A DNA stretch of 64,000 bases from Mobula hypostoma (taxonomy: Eukaryota): contig NC_086108.1 of NCBI RefSeq assembly GCF_963921235.1, positions 75,022,001 to 75,086,000 on the forward strand, in the 5' to 3' direction. The notes beneath the pieces are model-generated. The model saw only the letters and a list, made by a program, of their open reading frames with translations. It was not told the DNA's origin and did no database searches. The position numbers were made by a program, and so were the translations under genes. Below, in pieces: positions 13,341 through 26,325 of the stretch; position 1 is the stretch's first letter, and the number at the start of each line of letters is the position of its first letter.

Positions 13341-16300
13341 AGAGTTAAGGATGAATTCGCATGAATCCTTGCTACTGAATCTGAGTCCTACACAGGAGCA
13401 GGCAGCTTACCTTTAGCTTCTATGATATGTATGTATAAAATCTGAGACATTCCTGAGTTATGAATGGAAGATAGACAGTAGGTCCCTTCAAAATCAAATC
13501 AGCCTGCAAAATTCTATCTATAATGTCTACAATGGGCTCATGTTTAAAAATTTGCATACACTTTTCTGAGACTGTTTTGACCAAGGGACTTACCAGCAAA
13601 ATTCACTTTACCACATCTGATGTCTGCTTGGCATCAGATACGCATAATAATATTATTTGTAAACTTACCAAGAAAAATTGACCATTTACGATTGACCATT
13701 TGCCTCTAGCACAAGAAACAAAAGCCGCAGCAAGTCAACAAAGATGCACAAATTAGAGAGCCCATTGGGACATTGGTGCAGCCTAGGCATCATTCTCTGT
13801 TAGACTTTATACCTCTTGATGCAGGTTGGGACCGCTTATGACGCGATGACATACTATCATATGTGGACAGCACAGTGACACACAACAAAAAGCCGTTTTC
13901 ACTGTCCTCTTCCCATTCCACCCCCACCCCCCATTTCATGGCAAATTTTTATCCTGTGACTGTGACGTAGAGAGTTGTTTAAGACACTTCCCAGCAGCCA
14001 GTGCAGTCAGAACACAGAACAAGGAGCTTTGCAGGGAACTCCTATCTGGAAACGTGAAAATAATGTTTCTTTACCTTTCAGCATGAAGCTCATTCACGTT
14101 TCTTTTAATCCGTTTTTTCATTAATATCGTGAATTTTTTTTTGCCACTGGATTGGGCACTAACATTGCCCCTGTAGCACCTGTTTAGTGCGATAGTAGTG
14201 GGTGAACTTCAATTTCTCAGCCGCTGTGTTCACTTTTAACTGACTCTGGATCTGTGTACCCCCTCAGGATGCAGGTCTCATTTACAGATGTCATATAAAT
14301 TGTCATTATAAATGGGTGAATGTTGATGCCAGTTCAAACTTCACACTCCCTGGGCAAATTTAACTCCTTGGCCTGATTTAAAAGCCATCAGTCAACTTTG
14401 CATTGGTTCCAGTTAGCCAGCTGGTGCAAATTCACATGACTCCAGGCACATGGCAATCTATAAGATTGGTTGCCAGGCTGACAGGAAAGGAACCTTGACA
14501 GGAATCACAAAACACATTTTTAAAATGCTGATGGGATGATAAAATGGGGAGATATTTGCCTATGCCAAATATTTTATGATGTATGAAAATTATCAAGTGT
14601 AGAACTGACTCCCATATAACACAATTTTGATTTAGTTAATATGGGTAAAAAGTCGGTAATAAAAAAGAGGAAGGCAATGAGTTGTTTTGTGGGCTTTAAG
14701 GGCTCATGAAAATATTATGCTGTGGAAGATATGGAAGAGGATTTATGATTAATGATCCTGCAGTTAATTTAGGGGAGTGGTAAATAAAAACTTTCCAGAA
14801 CCCTTCCAGAGGTGAACGTTTGGATTGATTGAAAACAGCTTTATGCAATCAATCAAAGGCCATTTGTACAAAAATATAGTCCAAAATAGGAAAGGTAGGT
14901 GGAAGAAAGTATGCAAGTTTTCAGTTTATTTTTACATAAAACAGACTGCAGAAACGACATTTTATCTTACAATAATAGTTGTTCCTGATGTTAGAGCTAG
15001 CTTTTGCTCTAATGTTAGTGTCAATGTCATCATATCTGGATGAGAACTCAAATCTATCCAGCTGTCACAACTACGGTTGTCAGATTGAGCCAGATGCTGC
15101 AGTTTGTTAGCATGAGAAAGTGAAGATTATTTCCGATACAGTATGTGGCAGTACACTTCTAAAGAGAATGACAGACGGATTGCCCACTGTTTCTTTGTAA
15201 GTTTCACAGAAGAGTTATATGCAGATATGCATATACATAATGTATATCCCAAGTGTGCATTCCCACTCATGTGTATGCCAACCCATACACCTATACATAC
15301 AGCTATAGACTTATTCCCAGACAACCCAACCCCGTTTGCACAATCCATTCATGTGCATACCTCAGATAATTAGAGGATCTGTGTTGTTGATTTACTCCTC
15401 CTATGAAGATTGTAGATAAAATGTCAGCATCTTTAACGAAAACATGCATTCACATTTCTTGTGAAAACTTTACTTCATAAATGTATTCTGATTAAGCAAA
15501 AACAAAAAGAAAAGTTTTCTAAAATCTTAGATTTATTGAACTACATCTAATATATTTAAAAGTTATTTTCATTAGTTTTAGTTAGTATTTCCACATTTCA
15601 AATTTCTCACATATTGCAGCATCTCCAAAGGTAGAGAGATGGTTACATTTCTTTCAGACTCCGCAAGTACTGGATCCAGGGGTAGTAATGGGTGGTGTAC
15701 AGTCACAACAGTTGTTGTTCAAAAGAAGCTTCTGTGGTTACCTAACTTAGGGCAGAGACCTTCCACCGGCGAAATCTTTGATCCAATCCTGCTTCTAGTA
15801 ATTTTATTTTGTTATTAATAGAGCAGCAGAAACTTTACCAAGTTTAAATAATTTTAATTTAAATGCTAGAGAATCATCAATTCAAAATACTGCAAAATTA
15901 CTAATAAAATACTAAAGAACAGCAAAGAACTGAGATCCAATGAACTGAGTTTCCAACTTATTCATTGCTTCTGCACAGAAATCCTTTGAGCTTTACCACC
16001 AAAGGTATTTCATGCTCCTTGACTGTTTTCACTGGAACTTTTGGGATTGGATCTCCACTGAAACATCCCACCAAAACATCCCCACCATGCAGGAGTATTT
16101 ATGTCCTGCGAGGTGCTGATTTCTGAGACCCATTTTTCAGAGCTGATGGCAAGGTATGTGTTGGAGGTGATTATTCCGAGAATAAGCAATAAGATTCAGA
16201 TGAATTTCCATCAAGGTGCTAAAGGCAGGAATGAGGCAGAAACCTAATTAATCATGATCCATAAATGCATGCTCTCTGTTTAGTTTGTGCATACATTTGT

Positions 16301-16744
16301 CAGGCTAGAATTGTGCACTGAAGAGAGAAATTAAATTATAGACTGACTTTTTAAGTGACAGATATAGTCTGAGGGCAGCATTTGAATCATGCAGCAGTGT
16401 AAGTTAGGTTTTAACTGCTCTAGACTACAGGTGGCATTGAATACGGCAACAAAGGAACATTGTACGCCCATGTTTGGCTGCTTGAGCAGAGCTGAGCTCC
16501 CCGGAGAGTTCATTTTTAATTTTATATTAGGGAGCAGACAGGAGCATTTGATTTGTCCCAACATCAAAAAGATTTTATTCTGACTTTCCACTACAACCGG
16601 TCCTCGGGCCAGACTGCCCCAGAGACCTCGTATTTCTTGGCTTCTGTATGCTGGGATTCAAATGGAAACCTGATTCCCCATTTCTGGCAGGGCTTTTGGT
16701 GTGGGTGTGCATTTTGCTAAACCATTAGAAAGTGCACAGCCTAA

Positions 16745-17095
16745 CAGCACAGTAGGGCAGCTACTAGAACCGCTGTCTCAGAGCTCCAACAACTCAGTTT
16801 TAACCCGCAGCTGGGGTGCTGACTACGTGGAGTTTGCATGTTCTCCCTGTGATTATGTGGGCTTACTCTGGATCCTCAGGTTTTGTCCCAACTGACAAAA
16901 ATATATGGATTGGTAGGTTAACTGACTACTCTAGATTGCCCCTACTGTATAGTGTGTGGGGATCTGGGGAGGATTTGATGGGAAGGTGGGGGAGAATAAC
17001 ATCGATTATTGTAGGATTTAGTAAAAATAAGCGGTTGATGGTCAGTGGAAACTCATAAGGCCAAAGGGCCTTTCTCAGTACTGTATCTTTCCATA
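16745..17095 (+). mobile_element. tRNA-derived SINE (V-SINE-like), degraded
   Basis: Core GTGGAGTTTGCATGTTCTCCCTGTG...GTGGG...CTCTGGATCCTCAGGTTT, then GGTTAACTG...TAGATTGCCCC, and tail GGCCAAAGGGCCT...CTGTATCT. Confidence 0.75.
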
Positions 17096-18663
17096 AATTT
17101 ATGAATCCAAAGGATCATTTAATACTTCTGGTGGGAATCAAAGTTTATCTATCTTCATCTTACTATGTTGATATACAGTGGATTCTGGTTAATTGAGCCA
17201 TTGGTTAATCGGGGCAGCCACTAATTTGGGACAACTCTTAAAGAACAACATCTAAATTAAGAAAATTGCCAGGATTTCCTTCATTTATTTTGGACAGTAT
17301 GCTGCTTAATTGGAACAGGAGACTGTTGCTGAACAAAAATCTAATTAGCGTCAGTTGCGTGCACTTGCTTGGCAGTTAGACACTATATGGTGCCTGAAAT
17401 GGACAGTATTTAAATAGCATCAGTTGTGTGTATTTGTGTTCAAAAAGCAGTAATTTTTATCACTGATAGCTGGCGAGAAATAAGCAGTGAAAAAATTTGG
17501 AACTGTTTTGCCCTCCACGGTTTCAAGCATTCAGGTTGGAGATGCCAAAAATCGCCAGGACTGAAAATGAAACAATTTCACTACTTCAGCAATATAGGAA
17601 TTACAAAAAATTTGAAGATTTCACCGATCATCTTGAATGTATAATGAAAGTGAAGATTTGGAGAATAAAATCATAGAAACATAGAAACATAGAAAATAGG
17701 TGCAGGAGTAGGCCATTCAGCCCTTCGAGCCTGCACCACCATTCAGTACGATCATGGCTGATCATCCAACTCAGAACCCTGTACCTGCCTTCTCTCCATA
17801 CCCCCTGATCCCTTTAGCCACAAGGGCAATATCTAACTCCCTCTTAAATATAGCCAATGAACTGGCCTCAACTGTTTACTGTGGCAGAGAATTCCACAGA
17901 TTCACCACTCTCTGTGTGAAGAAGTTTTTCCTCATCTCGGTCCTAAAAGCCTTCCCCTTTATCCTTAAACTATGACTCTTCATTCTGGACTTCCCCAACA
18001 TCGGGAACAATCTTCCTGCATCTATCCTGTCCAATCCTTTCAGAATTTTATACGTTTCAATAAGATCCCCCCTCAATCTTCTAAATTCCAGCGAGTATAA
18101 GCCTAGTCAATCCAGTCTTTCATCATATGAAAGTCCTGCCATCCCAGGAATCAATCTGGTGAACCTTCTTTGTACTCCCTCTATGGCAAAAATGTCTTTC
18201 CTCAGATTAGGGGACCAAAACTGCACACAATACTCCAGGTGTGGTCTCACCAAGGCCTTGTACAACTGCAGTAGTACCTTCCTGCTCCTGTACTCGAATC
18301 CTCTTGCTATGAATGCCAGCATACCATTTGCCTTTTTCACCGCCTGCTGTACCTGCATGCCCACTTTCAATGACTGGTGTATAATGACACCCAGGTCTCG
18401 TTGCACCTCCCCTTTTCCTAATCGGCCACCATTCAGATAATAATCTGTTTTCCTGTTTTTGCCACCAAAGTGGATAACCTCACATTTATCCACATTAAAT
18501 TGCATCTGCCATGAATTTGCCCACTCACCTAACCTATCCAAGTCACCCTGCATCCTTTCAGCATCCTCCTCACAGCTAACACTGCCGCCCAGCTTCGTGT
18601 CATCTGCAAACTTGGAGATGCTGCATTTAATTCCCTCATCTAAGTCATTAATATATATTGTAA

Positions 18664-19064
18664 TACCATGTATTGTAAAGGAGTTGGATGCTTACTGATC
18701 TGGTTAACAACAGATGGTGCAATCCGGGGCATATTACGATCGAGGAACGTGTTTACAGACTGGATATTGAACTTTTTACTGTTGGACTTCGGCCACATTC
18801 CACCGTGATACAACACTTGGGAGGTCGTTCCTGCCTGTGGCCATCGATCGTTCAGCTCCTCCCGTGGAGGGTCTGACACCCTGAGCCAACAGACTGGTCC
18901 TGGACTTATTTTCCATCTGGCATAGTTTGCATTTTGGTGTTTGATTATTGGGAGTTTTCGTATTGCTATATTTACGCTCTATTCTTGGTTGGTGCGGCTG
19001 TAACGAAACCAAATTTCCCTCGGGATTAATAAAGTATATCTATCTATCTATCTATTTATCTATC
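18664..19064 (+). mobile_element. Rex1/Babar-type LINE 3' fragment inserted in CR1
   Basis: Homologous to the Rex 3' end (TTCCTGCCTGTGGCCATC...GGGTCTGACACCCTGAGCC...AATAAAG) with (TATC)n tail; flanked by TAA/TAA (18661-63, 19065-67). Confidence 0.85.
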
Positions 19065-19875
19065 TAAACAACTGGGGTCCCACCACTGAACCTTGCGGTA
19101 CCCCACTAGTCACTGCCTGCCATTCTGAAAAGGTCCCATTTATTCCCACTCTTTGCTTCCTGTCTGTCAACCAATTCTCTATCCACATCAATACCATACC
19201 CCCAATACCGTGTGCTTTAAGTTTGCACACTAATCTCCTGTGTGGGACCTTGTCAAAAGCCTTTTCAAAATCCAAGTATACCACATCCACTGGTTCTCCC
19301 CTATCCACTCTACTAGTTACATCCTCAAAAAATTCTATGAGATTCGTCAGACATGATTTTCCTTTCACAAATCCATGCTGACTTTTTCCGATGATTTCGC
19401 CACTTTCCAAATGTGCTGTTATCACATCTTTGATAACTGACTCTAGCATTTCCCCCACCACCGATGTTAGGCTAACCGGTCTATAATTCCCCTGTTCCTC
19501 TCTCCTTCCTTTTTTAAAAAGCGGGGTTACATTAGCCACCCTCCAATCCTCAGGAACTAGTCCAGAATCTAAAGAGAATGAAAAATTATCACTAATGCAT
19601 CCACTATTTCTTGGGCTACTTCCTTAAGCACTCTGGGATGCAGACCATCTGGCCCTGGGGATTTATCTGCATTTAACCCCTTCAATTTACCTAATACCAC
19701 TTCCCTACTAACATGTATTTCCCTCAGTTCCTCCATCTCACTGGACCCTCTGTACCCTACTATTTCCGGAAGATTATTTATGTCCTCCTTAGTGAAGACA
19801 GAACCAAAGTAGTTATTCAATTGGTCTGCCATGTCCTTGTTCCCCATGACCAATTCACCTGTTTCTGACTGTAAG

Positions 19876-21030
19876 TCATAGTCATACTTTATTGATCCCG
19901 GGGGGAAATTGGTTTTCGTAACAGTTGCACCATAAATAATAAATAGTAATAAAACCATAAATAGTTAAATAGTAATATGTAAATTATGCCAATAAATTAT
20001 GAAATAAGTCCAGGACCGGCCTATCGGTTCAGGGTGTCTGACCATCCAAGGGAGGAGTTGTAAAGTTTGATGGCCACAGGCAGGAATGACTTCCTATGAT
20101 GCTCTGTGTTGCATCTCAGTGGAATGAGTCTCTGGCTGAATGTACACCTGTGCCCACCCAGTACATTATGTAGTGGATGGGAGACATTGTCCAAGATGGC
20201 ATGCAATTTAGACAGCATTCTCTTTTCAGACACCACCGTGAGAGAGTCCAGTTCCATCCCCACAACATCACTGGCCTTACAAATGAGTTTGTTGATTCTG
20301 TTGGTGTCTGCTACCCTCAGCCTGCTGCCCCAGCACACAACAGCAAACATGATCGCACTGGCCACCACAGACTCGTAGAACATCTTCAGCATCGTCCGGC
20401 AGATGTTAAAGGACCTCAGTCTCCTCAGGAAATAGAGACGGCTCTGACCCTTCTTGTAGACAGCCTCAGTGCTCTTTGACCAGTCCAGTTTATTGTCAAT
20501 TCGTATCCCCAGGTATCTGTAATCCTCCACCATGTCCACACGGACTCCCTGGATGGAAACAGGGGTCACCGGTACCTTAGCTCTCCTCAGGTCTACCACC
20601 AGCTCCTTAGTCTTTTTCACATTAAGCTGCAGATAATTCTGCTCACACTATGTGACAAAGTTTCCTACCGTACCCCTGTACTCAGCCTCATCTCCCTTGC
20701 TGATGCATCCAACTATGGCAGAGTCATCTGAAAACTTCTGAAGATGACAAGACTCTGTGCAGTAGTTGAAGTCCGAGGTGTAAATGGTGAAGAGAAAGGG
20801 AGACAAGACAGTCCCCTGTGGAGCTGCTGATCACTCTGTCGGACGCACAGTGTTGCAAGCATACGTATTGTGGTCTGCCAGTCAGGTAATCAAGAATCCA
20901 TGACACCAGGGAAGCATCCACCTGCATCGCTGTCAGCTTCTCCCCCAGCAGAGCAGGGCGGACGGTGTTGAACGCATTGGAGAAGTCAAAAAACATGACC
21001 CTCACAGTGCTTGTTAGCTTGTCCATGTAG
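19876..21030 (-). mobile_element. Rex1/Babar LINE, 5'-truncated, inserted in CR1
   Basis: VRVMFFDFSNAFNTV, WILDYLTGRPQYV, KTKELVVD, QSRLYFLRRLRSF; (GACTAT)n tail; TSD GTAAG at 19871-75 and 21031-35. Confidence 0.95.
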
Positions 21031-22459
21031 GTAAGGGACCTACATTTGTCTTAACCAATCTTTTTCTTTTCGCATACCTATAAAAGCTTTTACAGTCAGT
21101 TTTGATGTTCCCTGCCAATTTTCTCTCATAATCTTTTTTCCCCTTCCTAATTAAGCCCTTTGTCCTCCTCTGCTGAACTCTGAATTTCTCCCAGTCCTCA
21201 GGTGAGCCGCTTTTTCTGGCTAATTTGTATGTTTCTTCTCTGGAATTGATACTATCCCTAATTTCCCTTGTCAGCCACAGGTGCACTACCTTCCCTGGTT
21301 TATTCTTTTGCCAAACTGGGATGAACAATTGTTGTAGTTCATCCATGCAATCCTTAAATGCTTGCCATTGCATATCCACCGTCAATCCTTTAAGTGTCAT
21401 TTGCCAGTCTATCTTAGCTAATTCACGTCTCATACCTTCAAAGGTACCCCTCTTTAAGTTCAGAACCTTTGTTTCTGAATTCGAAAGCATTGTATGAAGG
21501 CAGTCCATTAGCTACACCATGTGTCTGTGCTGATTTTTGTTTACTTACAGTCAATAAAAAAACACAGCAGGTGAATTCCTCTGTTGAAAACTATTAGTAA
21601 CTAACACACATTTTAATGGTATTGTTCTAATTCATTCTGTATTTCATTTGAATACATAGATAGTTACTCAGTTAAACGATAGTTTGCCTTCTTACTATCT
21701 TTTAACTATTTTCATGAAACTTTGGCTAATTGGGACAGCTGCTTATTGCAGCAAAATGTACAAGTCCTGATCGGTCCCAATTAACCAGAATCCACTGTAC
21801 TGCATTTTTCTATCAAGATTTCTGACCCATTGGAACGATGAATTCTACCAAATGAACCACAAATGCCCACAAAAAACAAGTTCTCTTATGTTATCCATAC
21901 TTGTGAAATAAAAGGCGAGAATCTTTGACCAATCAAGACTTTTTAGCATTAAACTTCTTAAGGGGCTGTGAAGTCAGATGGCACTCAGAGTTACATCTGT
22001 AAGAATGTATCCAGTTACTAGTGTGTTTATTCATTTTTACAGTAACCCCGAGACTAATGGGAGGAAGTCACTTCTGATCTTTGATTCAAGTATAAAGAGG
22101 CGAAACAGTTCTTAAGTAATTTATGTGAAAATCAATTGTCCTATGGACAGATGATGAACTACAGATGAGTAAAAGATGGGTCAACATTATAACACAGCCT
22201 TGTTGCTTCCACACCAGGGGATTTAAACAACAGTCATGTTTTCCACCAGCTGGTGCAGGCTTGTGTCAGGAAACGATTAAACATGACCTAGAATCACTTG
22301 CAACCCAGAACTCACATCAGACATCGAGTAAGGTTGCTCCCTGATACTTACGCTTTTACTATATAATTTTTGCAGTTAGTCAAATGACTTAGCTAGATCC
22401 TCATTCTAATGACATGTTCCAGTCAGACAGATACTTCGCACTAACTCCATAATGTTTTC

Positions 22460-23000
22460 AAGATTCAAGTTTCAAGTTTACTTGTCATGTGTACATCGAA
22501 ATATGCAATTTGCATTAATAACCAGCACACCTGAGGGTGTGCTGGGAGTAGCCCGCAAGTTTTGCCACATATTCTAGTGTTCCCACAAAGCTCAGCAGAG
22601 CAACACAGAACACAACCAGCAGCAAAAACAATATGGGTGCTCTCTGGCCTGCTGAGTTCCTCCAGCATTCTGTATGTGTCATCCCATTCCTCCCTCCCAC
22701 ATACACCGTTCTTTAACCCCAGGACAGGTCTCCAGTTTGCAGCTTCCAGCAGACATGGACTTGCAGACACTGGGCCTTTGACCTCCCCAGTGGGCTCGCA
22801 GAAATTCTCAAACCCGGCTCCGGCCGACAGACTTCTGGATTTCTGATTCATCCTGAGGCCTTGATCCTCTGCATCACCTGAGGACGTGGTGATCACCAGG
22901 CCTCGAAATCCAGAATCGCCAATGGCGAGAATCCAAACACTAGGCCTTGAAATGCAGTCTCACCAAGTTGTGAACCCAGGTGACTTCACATGGCTACTTT
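22460..23000 (-). mobile_element. Probable non-autonomous retroelement fragment(s) with a LINE-like (TTGAA) tail and a short PLE terminus
   Basis: CAAGATTCAAGTTTCAAGTTTACTTGTCA tail; GGCCTGCTGAGTTCCTCCAGCATT (PLE end) at about 22646-22670. Confidence 0.45.
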
Positions 23001-23469
23001 GTTATTTTCCAATGATATATCAGAAAATTACACTATTGATCATATATACTTTTCCATCTTCATTTTGGCTCTTCAACAGTATCTTTAGACTTTGCCCTTC
23101 ATGGTTAGATGTATGATAAAGCTTGTTCTATTCTACCTGGTATAAAATATCACGTGAATCAGCCCTCACTTAAACCCTTCAGCGAACCATTTCCATGCTG
23201 AATATCAAGTATCATGTACAGTGATCCCACTTACCCATGGTTGGTCGCAGCCCTTTACGTCTTGGCAAATGAAGTGCTCATTTCTATACTTCTTAAATGT
23301 AATGAGTGTATGCACCTCCACTATGAGTTCAGACTCCAACTATCCTCAGAGTGAAAAAAACACCTTTCTCAGATATCAATAAACAATGATTTTTACTTTT
23401 GACATGTCTTTTATAAGATACTTCTCAGTAACTACACTATGTAAGCCTCATAATTATTGATGTTTAAAA

Positions 23470-23790
23470 ATCATGAAATTATGAGGGGTGTAGATAGGGT
23501 GAATACTGCAGGCTTTCTCCCCTCAGGTTGGATCAGGCTTGAACTAGACGTCATAGGTTTCAGGTGAAATGTGAAATATTTGTAGGGATTCTGAGGGTGG
23601 ATTTCTTTATTCAAAGGGTGGTGAGAGTGTAGAATGAGCTGCCAGAAGGTAGTGGATGTGAGTTCAATTGTACCATTTTCAGTAGCTATGTAGATGTATG
23701 AGAGTCTGGGTACGGGAAGATGAGGCTAGACAGGAGACCAGACCAGCATGGACTAGATGGCTTAAAGAGCCAATTTCTGTGTTCAATGAA
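23470..23790 (+). mobile_element. CR1 3' fragment
   Basis: AAATTATGAGGGGTGTAGATAGGGTGAAT...AGGGTGGTGAGAGTGTAGAATGAGCTGCCAG, i.e. the CR1 ORF2 C-terminus. Confidence 0.8.
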
Positions 23791-23877
23791 CCTTTCATTC
23801 TTTGACTCCAGCCCAGGAAACATCCATATGAATCCCCTCTGCACCCTCTCCAGTACATTCACATCCTTCCCATATAT

Positions 23878-24330
23878 AACCATATAACCATTACAGCACG
23901 GAAACAGGCCATCTCGGCCCTTCTAGTCCGTGCCGAACTCTTATCCTTTCCTATTCCCACCGACCTGCACTCAGCCCATAACCCTCCATTCCTTTCCTGT
24001 CCATATATCTATCCAATTTAACTTTAAACAACAACATAGAACCTGCCTCAACCACTTCTGCTGGAAGCTCGTTCCACATAGCTACCACTCTCTGAGTAAA
24101 GAAGTTCCCCCTCATGTTACCCCTAAACTTTTGTCCTCTAATTCTCAATCCATGCCCTCTTGTTTGAATCTTCCCCCCCAATGGAAAAAGTCTAACCATG
24201 TCAACTCTATCAATCCCCCTCATAATTTTAAACACCTCTATCAAGTCTCCCCTCAACCTTCTTACAGTCCAAAGAATAAAGACCTAACTTGTTCAACCTT
24301 TCGCTGAAACTTTGAGATGAAACCTAACTT
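23878..24330 (-). mobile_element. CR1 3' fragment
   Basis: ORF 23951-24256 MRGDLIEVFKIMRG...FFTQRVVAMWNELP; (AACCATAT)n tail. Confidence 0.9.
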
Positions 24331-24529
24331 TCCCATGTTGTGATGGCAAAGTCATGCAACCTTTGCACAGAGCTTAGTGCCACCTTTGAGCAGCAGCTGC
24401 AAGGGCTGGCAATATTAGTCATTAGTACAGCCAGTTACAGGTTGCAGGTTCGTCCATCTGACCATCCACTCTTTGGGTTTCCCACCTAAATCGTGTTTTT
24501 TCAAGTGATTCTGGCCTAAGGAAACAGAA

Positions 24530-25055
24530 AGAAGATGGACAAAGAAGTTGAAGATGGAATACAGTGTAGGGAAGTGTATGGTCATACACTTTGGTTGAAG
24601 GAATAAAGGTATAGACTATTTTCTAAAAGGAGAGCAAATTCAGAAATCAGGGGTGCAAAGGGATTTGGTAGTCCTAATGCAGGGTTAACTTGCAGGTTGG
24701 CTCTGTGGTAAAGAAGGCAAATGCCATATTAGCATTCATATCAAGAGGACTAGAACATAAAAGCAAGGATGTAATGCTGAGGCTTTACAAGGCACTGGGA
24801 GTATTGTGAACAATTTTAGACTGGTTGTCTAAGAAAGGATGTGTTGGCATTGGAGAGAGTCAAGAGGAAGTACATGAGAGTGATATTGGGATGCTGCTGC
24901 CCCAACATAAAGCCGCAAAAAGACTGTACTTGCTACAACTGACTGGTAAAAAGTCGGCAACATCCTGCTGCACACTTTGAAGGACTTCAGCTTAAATCAG
25001 CCATGATGGAGTGACAGAGCAGACATAATGGGCTAAATGGCCATGTCTCATAGTC
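24530..25055 (+). mobile_element. CR1 fragment, degraded
   Basis: GATGGAATACAGTGTAGGGAAGTGTATGGTCATACACTTTGG; AAGAAGGCAAATG; GTAATGCTGAGGCTTTACAAGGCACTG. Confidence 0.8.
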
Positions 25056-25250
25056 TGATGATCTCTCGAAATGGCATCGCATTCTCTAGATGGCATTGGG
25101 GAGGGTGTAAGTCTGCACCTGATAGTACAGTGAATAGGACTGAATAGTAGAAGAATTTCCTGTATTAAAAAAGAGGAATGACTGTTTAATTTACAAGATC
25201 CTGTTAAAATTTAGGAAGCTATAAATCTGAAGCTGCAGAGTGAATTGGTG

Positions 25251-25347
25251 AGTCCTGACAAAGGGTCTCAGCCTGAAACGTTGACTGTTCGTTTCCACTG
25301 ATGCTGCCCGACCTGCTGAGTTCCTCCAGCGTGTTGTGCGTGTTGCT
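25251..25347 (+). mobile_element. Solo Penelope pLTR terminus with a hammerhead motif (one core mutation)
   Basis: AGTC CTGACAA AGG GTCTCAG CCT GAAAC GTT GACT, followed by GATGCTGCCCGACCTGCTGAGTTCCTCCAGC. Confidence 0.8.
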
Positions 25348-26325
25348 TAGAGTGAATTGATAAACTGAGCCAGTGCACTGTTAAAAGCATCATGACCTCG
25401 CCAATCAAATCACCTGTTAGGTAAGTTAATGGGTGAAAATTTAGGTTGTAAGAGCTGTTACTTGGTGATAGTGTATGCAAGACATTTACCAACTCCTTAT
25501 TGCAGAACTATGGAAATTCCCTTGGCAAAATTGAAGTTGCTACAAGGACACTTTGTGAAGAGGTTATTAACAAGAAACCACTTTAAATTTTGCAATGTGA
25601 CAACCACAAACAGCAGCAAGTACAGACAATGTAAAACTAAAATTACAGATTTAATAGTCAACATGCTTTGAAAGCAATGAAAATAGATTCTTGATGCTTA
25701 CAAAGTAATATTTATGGAATTACATCACTTCTGCTTTTAAAATAGTTAATGTAAAAGCTAAGGAAAATAACAGAGGAAAAGGGTGTGAACTGATTAACAT
25801 GGAGTGGGGTGTTGCATCAATTAACTGTAATAGTATCTGTATCTTGTTTTACGGCGGTTGAACTGTAATAGCCAACTAGGATTACCTGATAAATAAGGCA
25901 ATAATTGCATTTAATTAGTAATTAATGAAAATTGCTAAGAAATTAGACCCATTAGTGGTTGTTGACGCACAAATCACACATAAGAGTGATTTAACCCAGA
26001 TAAGCCTTACCAGTGATCATTTCCAGGTGAAATTGGTCTGATCACTTCCCTGGGCAATTCATCTGAAATGATTAACTAAGTTTTTGGCATTGTTCATGCA
26101 ACTATTGATATTGAAATTGAATACAGTGTTTCTTCCCTTGCTGGTGTAAATTGAAGTATTTGGTTGAAAGCCACAGCCTTTGTTGAGCTCTCACATTATG
26201 TTGAAGATCACATTATTGTGTTACATTGATGATTAAAGTTATACTGTTGGGAGATCAGACAAGACAGGTCCAAAAATCATTGTAGGCTTCTCCTCTATCA
26301 TGCAAAACATTCATTATATCTTGTC

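Larger units (their letters stand above)
17672..21481 (-). mobile_element. CR1 LINE, 5'-truncated, same subfamily as 2631-4900, interrupted by two Rex1 insertions
   Basis: ORF pieces 21014-21508, 19569-19958, 19060-19539, 18107-18553 and 17876-18076 are near-identical to the 2.6-4.9 kb CR1 protein; (CATAGAAA)n tail at 17672. Confidence 0.97.
17176..21797 (+). mobile_element. Non-autonomous Tc1/mariner-pogo (Tigger-like) DNA transposon, ~0.8 kb of own sequence, split by a nested CR1
   Basis: Perfect 20-bp terminal inverted repeats (TIRs) CAGTGGATTCTGGTTAATTG (17176-17195) and CAATTAACCAGAATCCACTG (21778-21797), each flanked by TA; internal ITDSWREISSEKIWNCF resembles a Tigger transposase C-terminal segment. 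Confidence 0.9.
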
